Shown here: one piece after another, positions 9,567 through 20,167 of the stretch | Numbering within the stretch: position 1 is the first letter of the stretch | Layout of the letters: each line of letters starts with the position of its first letter | Assembly: GCA_963772365.1 (NCBI GenBank) | Contig: CAVYXA010000001.1 | Coordinates: 1,056,001-1,120,000, forward strand | DNA from: an uncultured Verrucomicrobiae bacterium | GTDB taxonomy: Bacteria; Verrucomicrobiota; Verrucomicrobiia; Chthoniobacterales; UBA10450 | DNA: 64,000 bases | Reading direction: 5' to 3' | Translations under genes and position numbers: made by a program | The notes under the pieces: generated by a model | Told to the model about the DNA's origin: nothing | The model's database searches: none | The model's input: only the letters and a program-made list of their open reading frames with translations

Positions 9567-11552
9567 ATGAGCTTGAACATCGAGATTCTTTCGAAGGCGG
9601 CAACGCAGGCGCGCGGCTTGGCCATGGACGCCGTGCAAGCTTCGAAGTCGGGCCACCTCGGGCTGCCGTTGGGCTGCGCGGAAATGGGCGCGGTGCTTTA
9701 CGGTCATGCTTTGAAATACAACCCAGACCAACCTCGATGGATCAACCGCGATTATTTTGTCCTCTCCGCCGGTCATGGCAGCATGTTTCTTTACGCTTGG
9801 TTGCACATGAGCGGCTACGATCTGCCGGTGTCGGAGATCAAACGATTCCGGCAATTGCATTCCAAAACGCCAGGACATCCCGAATTTTTTGAAACACCCG
9901 GCGTGGAATGCACCACGGGTCCGTTAGGCCAGGGTGTCGGGAATTCCGTGGGAATCGCAGTAGCCATGAAAATGGCGGCCGCGCGTTTCAACACCGCCGA
10001 GCACAAGATATTCGACCAACATGTGATCTGTCTTGCGGGAGATGGCGATTTACAGGAAGGCGTAGCCGCGGAAGCGAGCGCATTCGCCGGTCACTTCGGA
10101 CTCGACAATCTCATTCTGATTTACGATTCCAACTCCGTCACGCTCGATGCGCCGGCCAAGGACACGCAAAGCGAAGATACCGGCGCGCGATTCAAAGCCT
10201 ACGGATTCGATGTCCAGGAGATTAACGGTCAGGACATGCAGCAGTTCCTCGATGCACTCAACACGGCGAAGGAACGCGATAATGGCAAACCGCAGTTCAT
10301 CATCGCCCACACGTTGATCGGCAAAGGAATTCCCGAAGTCGAGGGCACATACAAGGCGCACGGCGAAGCGGGAGCGAAATTTGTCGATGCTGCGCGCAAG
10401 TCGCTCGGCCTGCCTGATGAGCACTACTTCGTTTCGCAGGATGTCTACGATTATTTCGCAGAGCACAAAAAGAAACTTCTGGCCGATTACGATCGTTGGG
10501 AAAAAACCTACGGTGAATGGCGCAATAAAAATCCCGATAAAGCGAAGCTGCTCGACGACGCCATCGACCGAAAAATTCCCAGCGATCTGTTGTCGAAAAT
10601 CCCGGAGTTCCCGAAAGATGCGAAATTGGCCACACGCAAAGCGGGCAGCGAAGCATTGCAGCCAATCGCGCAAGCTGTGCCGTTGCTCATGAGCGGCAGC
10701 GCCGATCTGCATGGATCGACGTTGAATTACATTAAGGACGGCGAGGATTTTAACCGGAATAATCCCGGTGGCCGTAACATCCGATTCGGAATTCGCGAAC
10801 ATGGCATGTGCGCCATTCTGAATGGCATTTCCTATCATGGAATTTTTCGCGCGTCGGGCGCGACATTCACAGTGTTCACCGATTACTGCCGGCCATCGAT
10901 CCGGCTGGCTGCATTGTCGAAGCTCCCGAACATTTACATTTTCACGCACGACTCGATTGGAGTAGGCGAGGATGGCCCGACACATCAACCGGTGGAAACG
11001 ATCAGCTCCGTGCGCGTCATGCCGCAAATCGATGTGATTCGTCCAGCCGATCCGGAAGAAACCGCTGGCGCCTTTGTTGCCGCGATGGAACGAATCGATG
11101 GTCCAACGCTAATCGCGCTCACGCGGCAGGTCGTTCCAGTGTTAAACGATGTCGATGTTAAACTGCGGCGCGAAGGTGTGGCACGCGGTGGTTACACTGC
11201 GAAAAAGGAAACGGGCAAACTCGATCTCATCATTCTATCGTGCGGCAGCGAGCTGCAGCACGCCCTCGCCGCGGCGAAAGAACTCGGCGACAGCGTCCGG
11301 GTCGTCTCGATGTCGTGCTTCGAGCGGTTCAATCGCCAGCCCGAAAAATATCGCCAAGAAGTTTTGCCGGATTCATGCCGGAAACGAATCGCGATCGAAG
11401 CCGGCGTGCCCGATCTCTGGTATCAATACGTCGGTCTCGACGGGAAAGTCATCGGCCTTCATCGGTTCGGCCTCAGCGCTCCCGGAAGTGAAGTCATGAA
11501 AGAGTTCGGCATCGACGCCCAGCACGTAATCGAAGTCGCGAGATCTTTGTGA
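9567..11552 (+). CDS. tkt: Transketolase
   Basis: [27 protein letters not shown] and GEDGPTHQP motifs. Confidence 0.97.
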   Translation: MSLNIEILSKAATQARGLAMDAVQASKSGHLGLPLGCAEMGAVLYGHALKYNPDQPRWINRDYFVLSAGHGSMFLYAWLHMSGYDLPVSEIKRFRQLHSKTPGHPEFFETPGVECTTGPLGQGVGNSVGIAVAMKMAAARFNTAEHKIFDQHVICLAGDGDLQEGVAAEASAFAGHFGLDNLILIYDSNSVTLDAPAKDTQSEDTGARFKAYGFDVQEINGQDMQQFLDALNTAKERDNGKPQFIIAHTLIGKGIPEVEGTYKAHGEAGAKFVDAARKSLGLPDEHYFVSQDVYDYFAEHKKKLLADYDRWEKTYGEWRNKNPDKAKLLDDAIDRKIPSDLLSKIPEFPKDAKLATRKAGSEALQPIAQAVPLLMSGSADLHGSTLNYIKDGEDFNRNNPGGRNIRFGIREHGMCAILNGISYHGIFRASGATFTVFTDYCRPSIRLAALSKLPNIYIFTHDSIGVGEDGPTHQPVETISSVRVMPQIDVIRPADPEETAGAFVAAMERIDGPTLIALTRQVVPVLNDVDVKLRREGVARGGYTAKKETGKLDLIILSCGSELQHALAAAKELGDSVRVVSMSCFERFNRQPEKYRQEVLPDSCRKRIAIEAGVPDLWYQYVGLDGKVIGLHRFGLSAPGSEVMKEFGIDAQHVIEVARSL

Positions 11553-11562
11553 ATCGCAACCT

Positions 11563-12636
11563 TCAGGGTCGCACAAAGAAGAATGCCATCGCCAACAGAA
11601 CGTAAATCGCCAGCAACAGCACGCCTTCAAACCAGGTCGTTTCGCCATCGGCGGCTATCGCATTTACTGCAAAAGTCACTCCAGCGATCGCGATCAGTTC
11701 CAATGGATTTTCGAAAACCAGATTCATCGGCGTTCCGATAAAGTAGGACACGATCACGAGTAGCGGAGCGACAAGGAGCGCGACTTGAATGCTGGATCCC
11801 ACAGTAATGCTCATGACCAAGCCCATCCGATCACGTCGCGCAAAATAGACCGCGGCCACATATTCGGCTGCGTTGCCGACCACTGCCAGCACGACCACTC
11901 CGAGAAAAAATCGCGTCAGTCCCAATTGTGCCGCAGTCTTATCCAGCGCACCAGAGATGAGCTGAGATTCCCACGCAGTGAGCGCCGTTCCGGCGAGCAG
12001 AACACTGAGCGAAATCCAGATCGGCCAGGGCGAGCGATCGGATTCTCCCTGGGTTTTTTCAAACGCGAATACCTCGCGATGCGTAATCAGGGTGTAGATC
12101 AGATTTGCCACGTAAACCAGAATCAGAACTACGGCCACGCCGAGACTCAGGCCCTCATCCAAACGGGTCGTGTCCGAAGAATTGAGAATCCCACGTTCTG
12201 TGTAATTGAACAGCGCCGGCACCAGCAGACCGATCATCGCCAGGATCAAGAGACTCGAAAGCAGGCCAGCGCGCTCGCGCTGAAAACATTGCTGTGTGCG
12301 TTTCCAGCTTCCGGCGAGGATTGCCAGGCCGAGACCGAGCAAACTGTTCCCGATAATGGAACCGGTGATCTGGCCTTTCACCACGCTGGCGTGACCGGAA
12401 GCCAGAACAAAAAGCGCCAGAACAAACTCTGCAGTGTTTCCAAACGTAACGTTCAACAATCCGCCCACTGCGGGCGTGGCCCTCGCTGCCAATTGCTCCG
12501 TCGCCCGACGAATCCATTCTGCCAGAGGCACGATCGCCAGGATCGACAAGACGAAGATCCAGATCGGCCCAGCGTGAAACAAATACTGCAATGCCAGGGA
12601 GACAGGAATTAACAGAAGTAACCAAACAAAGATCAT
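11563..12636 (-). CDS. cax: Ca2+/H+ antiporter (CAX/ChaA)
   Basis: [13 protein letters not shown] and VGNAAE alpha repeats; GSSIQVAL. Confidence 0.9.
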   Translation of the reverse strand: MIFVWLLLLIPVSLALQYLFHAGPIWIFVLSILAIVPLAEWIRRATEQLAARATPAVGGLLNVTFGNTAEFVLALFVLASGHASVVKGQITGSIIGNSLLGLGLAILAGSWKRTQQCFQRERAGLLSSLLILAMIGLLVPALFNYTERGILNSSDTTRLDEGLSLGVAVVLILVYVANLIYTLITHREVFAFEKTQGESDRSPWPIWISLSVLLAGTALTAWESQLISGALDKTAAQLGLTRFFLGVVVLAVVGNAAEYVAAVYFARRDRMGLVMSITVGSSIQVALLVAPLLVIVSYFIGTPMNLVFENPLELIAIAGVTFAVNAIAADGETTWFEGVLLLAIYVLLAMAFFFVRP

Positions 12637-12682
12637 CTTTGCTTAATTGAGCGCGAAATTCTGATATGGAAATCCGCCGCGC

Positions 12683-12776
12683 TGTCATGTTGAGCGGAGT
12701 GAAACATCTCTAACTATTATTCGCAGCCGGGTCGGACCGAAATGGTCGGAGATTCTTCGCTGCGCTCAGAATGACA
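12683..12776. repeat. TGTCAT...ATGACA palindromic intergenic repeat
   Basis: TGTCATGTTGAGCGGAGTGAAACATCTC ... GAGATTCTTCGCTGCGCTCAGAATGACA. Confidence 0.85.
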
Positions 12777-12790
12777 GCGAAAAAAAAAAT

Positions 12791-14281
12791 CTAAAACGCT
12801 TCGTCCGGTTCGTTCACATTGCGGGCGCGCGTTTCGAATCGGGTGAATTCCTTCAGGAACGTCAGCGGGATTTCGCCCACAGGGCCATTGCGTTGTTTGG
12901 CGATGATGAATTCCGCTTCGCCAGATTTTTCTATGCGTGCCTCTTCGTCCTCTTCGTAAAGTTCGGGTCGCACCAGCAATCCAACCAGATCGGCATCCTG
13001 TTCGATCGATCCCGATTCCCGCAGATCGCTCAAACGTGGCTTACCGCCGGAGCGTTGTTCCGGTTGTCGATTTAGCTGCGCAACCACGATCACAGGAATT
13101 TTCAATTCCTTGGCCAGTCCTTTCAGTCCTGCGGAAATTTCCGAGATTTCCAACTGTCGATTGTCTTGGGCCCTGCGCGATGTCGATCTTAACAACTGGA
13201 GGTAATCGACGACCAGGAGTTGCACATCATGCTGGGCTTTGAGCCGCCGGGCTTTGGCGCGCAATTCCAAAATACTCAGCCCCGCGCTGTCATCGATGAA
13301 AATTTTCGCTTCGGCCAGTTTTGAAGCCGCAGCGGTCAAACTCGGGAAATCGCGCTCGGCCAGAAATCCATCGCGAACTTTTTGCAAGTTTACTCGGGCC
13401 CGGGAACAGAGCAGCCGTTGCACGAGCTGCTGGCTGCTCATTTCCAAACTGAATACACCGACCGCCAGATTATCGTGCACCGCGACGTGCTCGACGATGT
13501 TCATCGCGAGTGCGGTTTTTCCCATACTCGGCCGCGCCGCGATGACGATCATTTCCGCCGGATGCAACCCGCTGGTCATCCGATCGAATTCGACGAAGCC
13601 GGTCGAAATTCCAGTGATCCCCCCTTTGCGCTCGTAAAGTTTCTCGATCGATTCGATCGCTTCCATGACTTGGTCCTTCATGGAAAGCATCTGGCCTTTG
13701 AACCGGTCCTCGCCGACGGCGAAGATTTTCTGTTCCACTTCATCGAGCAGATTGTTCACTTCATCCTGCTCTTCATATGCGCGCCGGACGCTCTCGGTGG
13801 CTGCGGTAATGATCGACCGCAGGAGATACTTGTCGCGAACGATGTCGATGTAATACTCGATGTTCGCCGCCGTGGGCACGAACGTGTAGAGACTCGTTAC
13901 GAACGCCGGGCCGCCGATTGCGTCGAGCAAATTTCGGTCGCGCAGAATTTGGGTGAATGTAATCAGATCGATGGCCTGACCTGCATTCCAGAGTTCGACC
14001 AGAACAGTGTAAATGGTGCGATGCGCCGGAACGTAAAAGTATTCTTCGTTAATTTTCTCGACGCACTCCGCGATCGCATCGCGCGGTGAGATTAACATCG
14101 ACCCGAGCACGCCCTGCTCGGCTTCGACACTGTGAGGCGGCGTCCGGTGAATATCCTGGGCAGAACCTGTGGGCGAAATGGGAATAACATTTTCGCCGCT
14201 CCGCGCTGCCGAGCCTCGGCCAGCGCCATTACCTGCTTTGCCAGACTCTCGACCAATCCCGGAGGATGGTTGAGTCGCCAT
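12791..14281 (-). CDS. dnaB: Replicative DNA helicase
   Basis: AARPSMGKT, SLEMS, DYLQL, SDLRESGSIEQDAD and KQRNG motifs. Confidence 0.98.
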   Translation of the reverse strand: MATQPSSGIGRESGKAGNGAGRGSAARSGENVIPISPTGSAQDIHRTPPHSVEAEQGVLGSMLISPRDAIAECVEKINEEYFYVPAHRTIYTVLVELWNAGQAIDLITFTQILRDRNLLDAIGGPAFVTSLYTFVPTAANIEYYIDIVRDKYLLRSIITAATESVRRAYEEQDEVNNLLDEVEQKIFAVGEDRFKGQMLSMKDQVMEAIESIEKLYERKGGITGISTGFVEFDRMTSGLHPAEMIVIAARPSMGKTALAMNIVEHVAVHDNLAVGVFSLEMSSQQLVQRLLCSRARVNLQKVRDGFLAERDFPSLTAAASKLAEAKIFIDDSAGLSILELRAKARRLKAQHDVQLLVVDYLQLLRSTSRRAQDNRQLEISEISAGLKGLAKELKIPVIVVAQLNRQPEQRSGGKPRLSDLRESGSIEQDADLVGLLVRPELYEEDEEARIEKSGEAEFIIAKQRNGPVGEIPLTFLKEFTRFETRARNVNEPDEAF

Positions 14282-14851
14282 TTATTTTTCTTCTGTTTTC
14301 TCTTCCTTCTTCCGTCGGAAAAACGAGCGATGTTTCTTCTCGGGCGGAGCCGCAGCTCCCGGCGCGCCTTCTTCGGCGCCGCCGTCGCGAGGTTCCTCGG
14401 TCGATTTCACAAGGAAATGGAGGGTCGCGCTCACATCATGATGCAATTTGATTTGCACTTCGTGTTCGCCGGTATCTTTCACGTGGCGGTCCAAGATAAC
14501 CTTATGTCGATCGATCTCGGCCCCAATTTCGTTCTTAAGTCGAGTGACAATATCCTGGGCCGTAACCGATCCAAAGGCTTTGCCGCCTTCGCCTGTAGCC
14601 AGGGTGAACGTGATATGCAGCTTGCCGATGCGGCGGGCCAGCTCCTCGGCTTCATTCAATTCGCGCGCCTCGCGCTCGGCCCGTTTCTTTTTGAGATTAT
14701 CGAGCTGTCGCAATGCCGCCGGCGTGACTTCATAAGCCTTGCCGCGCGGAAGCAAATAGTTGCGCGCGTACCCACGACGCACCTTTACCACATCAGCTTC
14801 AGCACCAAGGCCAGGCACGTTATCGGTCAAAATGATTTGCGTAGAAGGCAT
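14282..14851 (-). CDS. rplI: 50S ribosomal protein L9
   Basis: LGAEADVVKVRRGYARNYLLP and FGSVT; adjacent to dnaB. Confidence 0.96.
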   Translation of the reverse strand: MPSTQIILTDNVPGLGAEADVVKVRRGYARNYLLPRGKAYEVTPAALRQLDNLKKKRAEREARELNEAEELARRIGKLHITFTLATGEGGKAFGSVTAQDIVTRLKNEIGAEIDRHKVILDRHVKDTGEHEVQIKLHHDVSATLHFLVKSTEEPRDGGAEEGAPGAAAPPEKKHRSFFRRKKEEKTEEK

Positions 14852-15087
14852 TTTTACAGTTTATCTCGCGCTAGAAAAATTTCGGGAGAGCAAGCGCGGT
14901 CACGAGTATAGAAGTACGAATGCAAGTGTCAACGCGTAGAGGAAATAAAATTCAATGCGCCGCTGGTTTCTGTCCTGAAGGAAGGTGGATCGGCTTCTCC
15001 GAAGACGATGGTAACAAATGTCGCCGAAGGCGCACGATGGATCTGGCAGTGATATCACAACGCCTGCGGTGGGTGCCGCCGTTGTTA

Positions 15088-15240
15088 ATCACGGCAGCAT
15101 TAATTGGCCAATACCCGAGAGTCTGGCGCCGGCATTAACCGTGGTCGCGCTGGCGTGCGAAACATCCACCCGGAGTTCGCCGTCATTGATCGTTGTCGCG
15201 CCGGTGTAAGTACTTGCACCGGCCAAGATGATTCTACCGG
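15088..15240 (-). pseudogene. Fragment of an autotransporter-associated beta-strand repeat protein
   Basis: Minus-strand translation IILAGASTYTGATTINDGELRVDVSHASATTVNAGARLSGIG, then the frame breaks; no start codon or full ORF. Confidence 0.6.
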
Positions 15241-15282
15241 TCTCCGCAATTTTGAATCGAAAAAACTACATCCACGTTGCGA

Positions 15283-16287
15283 TCACGAAATTTTCCGTTC
15301 GCCAGCAGGAACTAAAACCCGCAACGCTTTTTTCTGGATTTGGAATTTGACCGGACAATTGCCGATGAGTTCGCCGTCGAGTTCTACCGGGACATTCTGA
15401 TCGCTCGCGACCTGCAAATGCCGGGTCTGAAAATATTCGATCTCGGGCACTCGGATGTCGGAGCTGAACACGACATCCTGAAGATATTTGATGATCTCCA
15501 GGTAACCGAGTTGCTTGAACACGACGACGTCGAACAAGCCGTCGTCGATCACGGCGTGTTTGAAAAACGGAAACGGCCCGCCGTAAAGACGGCCGTTACC
15601 GATCAGAACAAATGATCCTTCAAGATTGTAGCGTGCGCTCTCCTGAGCGCACTCGCACCGGGTGCGCGAACCTGAAACTTCGCTGTGGACAGCGGATGCT
15701 CCAAGGTTGGTGAAGGCGTTCTCCGATTCGATGGACAATCTCGGCGGGGTGCGGCCGGCAATTTGGGCGGCCGAAATGAGATAACTGAGCGGCCCGAAGC
15801 TGCGTTTGAAAGCGAGACTGGTTTCTTTGACAACCTGGGCGTCGAGCCCGATGCCGCCGAGCTGCACGAAATATTTTCCATTCGCGCTGGGAAGATCGAC
15901 ACGGCGCGTCTTCCCGGCCCGAATGATTTCCCAGCAATCTTCTAGATTGCTTGAAGGTAGCCCGAGCTCCATCGCAAAAACATTCACTGTTCCCATCGGC
16001 AACAATCCCAACATCGCGTCGCTGCCGGCCAGCCCGTTCACGACTTCGTGAATCGTGCCGTCGCCACCCGCAGCGACGACTTTTTGAAAACCTTCCTGCA
16101 CAGCGCGGCGGGCCAGCACTTCGGCATCGCCGCAGCGCGAGGTCGTGCAGAATGCGCAATCCCCGATCAGTTCTTCGATGCGCGAGCGCAGGCGTTGGGC
16201 GCGATCGCTGCATGCAGCCGGATTGAGAATGACCAGCGTGTCACTCGTGCGCGAAAACCTGGAAATTTGCTTTGATCTTTTCTTCAA
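15283..16287 (-). CDS. Diacylglycerol/lipid kinase family protein (YegS/BmrU-like) with in-frame repeat insertion
   Basis: LNPAA, AGGDGTIHEVVNG, PMGTVNVFA, NGRLYGG and DGE motifs; start uncertain (TTG 16287 chosen). Confidence 0.88.
   Translation of the reverse strand: MKKRSKQISRFSRTSDTLVILNPAACSDRAQRLRSRIEELIGDCAFCTTSRCGDAEVLARRAVQEGFQKVVAAGGDGTIHEVVNGLAGSDAMLGLLPMGTVNVFAMELGLPSSNLEDCWEIIRAGKTRRVDLPSANGKYFVQLGGIGLDAQVVKETSLAFKRSFGPLSYLISAAQIAGRTPPRLSIESENAFTNLGASAVHSEVSGSRTRCECAQESARYNLEGSFVLIGNGRLYGGPFPFFKHAVIDDGLFDVVVFKQLGYLEIIKYLQDVVFSSDIRVPEIEYFQTRHLQVASDQNVPVELDGELIGNCPVKFQIQKKALRVLVPAGERKIS
15622..15708. repeat. REP-like doublet inserted in frame in the lipid kinase gene
   Basis: TGTAGCGTGCGCTCTCCTGAGCGCAC arm and an inverted TTGGAGCATCCGCTGTCCACAGCGAA arm. 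Confidence 0.65.
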
Positions 16288-16311
16288 ACTCGGTCTGCGT
16301 AACGTCTGCGC

Positions 16312-17889
16312 GTGGGAAGATTGCCTCGGATTATTTTGATCGCCACTGGAAGCCTGATCGCGCTCTTCGCGATTTTTTTCCTCGGCGTGAACCTGTATGT
16401 GCAATCCAAGGCGACACAAGCCAAGATTCAGCACGAACTTAGCCATCAGCTCGGCATGCCATTACACATCCGGCAGATTAGCGTCACGCCGTGGGGTGGA
16501 CTGAGGCTTAGCGGCATCACCATTCCACAAACTTTCGGTAACGCGGCAGGCGACTTCCTTGAGGCTAAGGCGTTTCAATTGCGAATTCGATTTTTCTCGC
16601 TGTTCCGCAGACGCCTGGTGATAAAGCAGGTTTCGCTCGTCGATCCTATCGTGATTTGGCAGCAGGATGCCGAAGGCAAATGGCGTTTGCCGGAATCGCG
16701 TAAGGAAAACCGTGGTAGCGCGCGGCCGCTTGCCACGGCGGAGTCTGTTCACGGCGAAAGCGGGCCGAGCGCGCCAGTGCTTGAAGCCGAGCCAACCACG
16801 CAGAAAACTCCCAACACCAAAGGTCGAACACCCAATGTAGAATCAAACCGCGCGCTTGCCGGATCGACGCCAGCAAAGTCATCCGCATTCGCGCCGGAGA
16901 TTCAGCGGATCAATTTGAAGCGAGGCAATTTCACTTTTCTGGATCGCTCTGGAAAAGTAGTTGGCCACCTTGAAGGAGTCGAATTTCGTTCGATCCTGCC
17001 CAGTAATGTTTCCGCGCGGGGCAATTTAAGGATCGGGACAGCTTCATTGCGGGATCGCTTTTTCATCAAGCATTTGCAGTCCCCTTTTAGTTATGAGCCC
17101 GACGTGCTCGAGCTTTCCAAAATTTCCGCGGAAGTAGGCGGCGGAAAGATCAGCGGGCATTTCGCAATTCAACCCGAAGCTGAAGATGCGCCGTTCACGG
17201 CGAACCTGAATTTTCGCGACGTGCAGGCCAATCAGATCATTGTCGACGCCGGCGGGCCTGAGAATGTGGTGCAGGGAAAATTGGACGGAAATTTCGAAAC
17301 GTCGGGCGAAACGGCCGAACCGAACTCGATCACAGGTCGCGGTGCAATTTTTCTGCGCGAAGGTCAGGTTAAGCAATACAGTTTACTAGTCGCGCTGGGG
17401 CAGCTCTTGCAGATTGAAGAATTGATGCAGTTGCAGCTTCAGCAGGCCGAGGCCAATTATCACATCACTCCGGGCGTGGTGAACATCGACAATCTCGTTT
17501 TGCGTTCGCCCAACATTCGGCTCTCTGCCACGGGCACGGTCGCATTTTCCGGAAAGTTGAAGCTCGATTCGCAACTCGCAATCGACGACAAGATTCGAAG
17601 TCAACTTTTCAGCATGGTCCGCAATAACTTCCAGCCAACAAACGAGCCAGGATATTATGGGCTAAAGTTTCAAGTGAACGGCACCATTGAGCGACCGAAG
17701 ACGAACCTGATGGAGCGACTCGTTGGGCGTGGAATAAAGGATTTGTTCAACCAATTCCTGGGCAGCGGACGAACGAAAAAGAAGAAACCTGCTGCGACAG
17801 AAACGGCAACGCCGGAGCCGAGCCCTGCTGAATCACCTGCCAGCCCGTCATTCTCCCCTGCTCCAACTGAAACTTCTCCGACACCATGA
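16312..17889 (+). CDS. AsmA-family protein
   Basis: N-terminal TM, beta-rich repeats, C-terminal FQVNGTIERPK motif. Confidence 0.75.
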   Translation: MGRLPRIILIATGSLIALFAIFFLGVNLYVQSKATQAKIQHELSHQLGMPLHIRQISVTPWGGLRLSGITIPQTFGNAAGDFLEAKAFQLRIRFFSLFRRRLVIKQVSLVDPIVIWQQDAEGKWRLPESRKENRGSARPLATAESVHGESGPSAPVLEAEPTTQKTPNTKGRTPNVESNRALAGSTPAKSSAFAPEIQRINLKRGNFTFLDRSGKVVGHLEGVEFRSILPSNVSARGNLRIGTASLRDRFFIKHLQSPFSYEPDVLELSKISAEVGGGKISGHFAIQPEAEDAPFTANLNFRDVQANQIIVDAGGPENVVQGKLDGNFETSGETAEPNSITGRGAIFLREGQVKQYSLLVALGQLLQIEELMQLQLQQAEANYHITPGVVNIDNLVLRSPNIRLSATGTVAFSGKLKLDSQLAIDDKIRSQLFSMVRNNFQPTNEPGYYGLKFQVNGTIERPKTNLMERLVGRGIKDLFNQFLGSGRTKKKKPAATETATPEPSPAESPASPSFSPAPTETSPTP

Positions 17890-18479
17890 GAGTAATCGCC
17901 GGCACAGCCGGCGGCCTTCGGCTCGCAGTTCCCAAGAGTGGTGTGCGACCAACGATGGACCGGGTGAAAGCCGCGATCTTTTCCAGTCTGGGTGAGGCCG
18001 TGATCGGCGCAAAAGTTCTCGATCTTTTTGCTGGAAGCGGCGGACTTGGGATCGAAGCGCTCAGTCGCGGCGCGGCCTCAGCGGTTTTCGTCGAGCAAGA
18101 TCGACAAGCAGTTTCAGCGATTGAAAAAAATCTCTCTAAGGCGCGATTACAGGGCTGTGTTCGGCCGGCGGGTGTTTTTCAGTGCCTCAAGCGCGCCGCC
18201 GAAAAGGAGAGATTCGACATCATCTTTGCCGATCCACCGTACCAGAAGACAAAGTCGGGTGAACGCTTCACTGAAAAACTTTTGGCAAACGAATTCCTGC
18301 CGCAGTTGCTGGAGCCCGATGGCATTTTCGTTCTGGAAAAGCAACCCGAAGAAGCTCTCCCCGAAATGAAATTTTGGCGTGTTGTCCGTCAGAAAACCTA
18401 CGGCGCTACTGAAGTCTTGTTTCTCACGCGTCTGGAAAGCGATGCGAGAACGCATCGAGCTCCAAAGCACTACGCGTGA
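17886..18479 (+). CDS. rsmD: 16S rRNA m2G966 methyltransferase
   Basis: MRVIAG, RPTMDRVK, LDLFAGSG, EALSRGA and DPPY motifs. Confidence 0.95.
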   Translation: MRVIAGTAGGLRLAVPKSGVRPTMDRVKAAIFSSLGEAVIGAKVLDLFAGSGGLGIEALSRGAASAVFVEQDRQAVSAIEKNLSKARLQGCVRPAGVFQCLKRAAEKERFDIIFADPPYQKTKSGERFTEKLLANEFLPQLLEPDGIFVLEKQPEEALPEMKFWRVVRQKTYGATEVLFLTRLESDARTHRAPKHYA

Positions 18480-18548
18480 AATCCTTGACGTAATGATTAC
18501 CATTTCGCGAAGCTTTCGGAGTGCGAACGCGTCCTCGCGTCGCTTTTC
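18435..18548. repeat. GGAG-type REP doublet overlapping the rsmD 3' end
   Basis: Inverted arms GAAAGCGATGCGAGAACGCATCGAGCTCCAA and TTCGGAGTGCGAACGCGTCCTCGCGTCGCTTT; near-identical inverted copy at 63103-63215. Confidence 0.8.
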
Positions 18549-18575
18549 GGACGCCAGCCACAGTTCGTGCACCGC

Positions 18576-19871
18576 GTGATTCGTTTCATCTACAATCTGC
18601 TTTGGCCAATTGGCCTGCTTTTTTTTCTGCCAGGCTATCTGGTCAAGATGTTCCGGCGTGGCGGTTACCGGAAAAAATTCGGGCAACGGCTGGGTTGGTA
18701 CGATGTCGATCTTCGACGGCGTCTTTCGCAGCGAAGATCGACATGGCTGCACGCGGTGAGCGTGGGCGAAGTCGCGATTGCGTTAAAACTCGCGCGTGCC
18801 CTGCGCAATCTTGAACCAGAGCTGAGTTGCATTCTCACTACCACCACCACAACCGGTTTCGCATTCGCAAATACAAACGCGCCGTCGTGGATCGAAGTGA
18901 TGTATTCGCCGCTCGATTTCTGGCCGATTATGCGGCGGGCGTTTGCGGCGGTCGGTCCCACTAGGGTTTTGCTGGTCGAAGCAGAGGTATGGCCAAATCT
19001 CGTCGCTTTCGCTCACGCGCGCAGGATTCCGGTAGCGCTTGTGAACGCGCGGCTGTCTCCCCGGTCCGAAAAACGGTTCCGCCGTTTCCGATTTTTTGTC
19101 GCGCCGGTTTTTCGTCAGCTCGATCTGGTTTGTGTTCAAAACTCGTTGGACGTCGAGAGATGGAAAGCTCTCGGAGTTGATCCGCAGAAAATTCGCCTCG
19201 TTGGAAGCATTAAATACGATCCGGAGAATGTGCTTGTCGATCCTGCCATTCCACGTGCTGTTCTTGCCGAATTTGGGTTGGAGAAGCGCGTGGTGATCTT
19301 TGGCGGCAGCACCCATCCCGGCGAAGAGAAGATCCTGGCAGAAGTTTTTCGAGCGTTGCGCAGGGAATTTGTCGATCTTCTTCTGCTGCTCGCGCCGCGG
19401 CATGTCGAGCGCGCAACCGAAGTCCAGCGTGGGCTAGAAGCCGCCGGATTTCGCGTTGTGTTGCGAACGCAATCGCCCGTTCAAGATCAATCAATCGATT
19501 GCCTGATTCTCGATTCGACTGGCGAACTGCGGGATTGGTACGGGATCGCCACCGTGGTTTTTATTGGAAAAAGTTTAATCGGCCGCGGCGGACAAAATCC
19601 TGGCGAAGCGATCCTGGCAGGAAAACCTGTCTTGTTTGGACCGCACATGGCGAACTTTGCTGCGCTTGCTGAATCCCTGTTGGCACGGGAAGGCGCGATC
19701 GAAGTGCATTCGACTACCGAATTGCGGCGAGCAACGGCCAGACTTCTACCCGATCGGGAGACGCGGGAGAAGATGGCCCGAAACGCGCGAGAAGTGCTCG
19801 AACTGCATCGCGGAGCAACGAATCGAACTGTTCAACTCATTGTCGATCTTCTTCCGTGTAAGGGAAGCTGA
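18576..19871 (+). CDS. waaA: 3-deoxy-D-manno-octulosonate (Kdo) transferase
   Basis: WLHAVSVGE, EAEVWPN, NARLS, GSTHPGEE, APRHVER and GGQNP motifs. Confidence 0.95.
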   Translation: MIRFIYNLLWPIGLLFFLPGYLVKMFRRGGYRKKFGQRLGWYDVDLRRRLSQRRSTWLHAVSVGEVAIALKLARALRNLEPELSCILTTTTTTGFAFANTNAPSWIEVMYSPLDFWPIMRRAFAAVGPTRVLLVEAEVWPNLVAFAHARRIPVALVNARLSPRSEKRFRRFRFFVAPVFRQLDLVCVQNSLDVERWKALGVDPQKIRLVGSIKYDPENVLVDPAIPRAVLAEFGLEKRVVIFGGSTHPGEEKILAEVFRALRREFVDLLLLLAPRHVERATEVQRGLEAAGFRVVLRTQSPVQDQSIDCLILDSTGELRDWYGIATVVFIGKSLIGRGGQNPGEAILAGKPVLFGPHMANFAALAESLLAREGAIEVHSTTELRRATARLLPDRETREKMARNAREVLELHRGATNRTVQLIVDLLPCKGS

Positions 19872-20005
19872 CAACTTCCTGAGTAAATCCGTTGTGCCGC
19901 TCGTCAACGCGCAGGTGGGCCGGGCGGCCAATTTTTGTGACCACGAAATCAGCGCGGCAATTTGCCTTGGTCGCAACGAATGGAATATTGGCGGCTCATC
20001 TGAAC

Positions 20006-20081
20006 GACCCTATCGTCTAGAGGCCTAGGACATCGCCCTTTCACGGCGGTAACACGGGTTCGAATCCCGTTAGGGTCGCCA
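20006..20081 (+). tRNA. tRNA-Glu (anticodon TTC)
   Basis: GACCCTA/TAGGGTC acceptor stem, CT-TTC-AC loop, GGTTCGAATCC T-arm, encoded CCA; 76 nt. Confidence 0.96.
20054..20079 (+). repeat. attL core
   Basis: ACGGGTTCGAATCCCGTTAGGGTCGC, identical to 30401-30426. Confidence 0.92.
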
Positions 20082-20167
20082 CCTTTTTTCATAGGTAAAT
20101 CGGGCGATTCGTGTCCACTTTCAGATTTGGCGTGACAGAAACGTGACAAATCTTCAAGATCGGCCGC

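Noticed and set aside
10050..11027. Long antisense ORFs, e.g. 325 aa opposite tkt and others opposite dnaE, dnaB and cax
   Set aside because: Shadow frames of GC-rich conserved genes with no recognisable motifs
16288..16446. N-terminal extension of the lipid kinase ORF
   Set aside because: It overlaps the divergent AsmA-like gene; homology begins near TLVILNP
19930..19942. 13-bp inverted match (AATTTTTGTGACC) to 30379-30391
   Set aside because: It lies outside the att-bounded element and is short and AT-rich; it may be chance, so it is not supportable as a functional site
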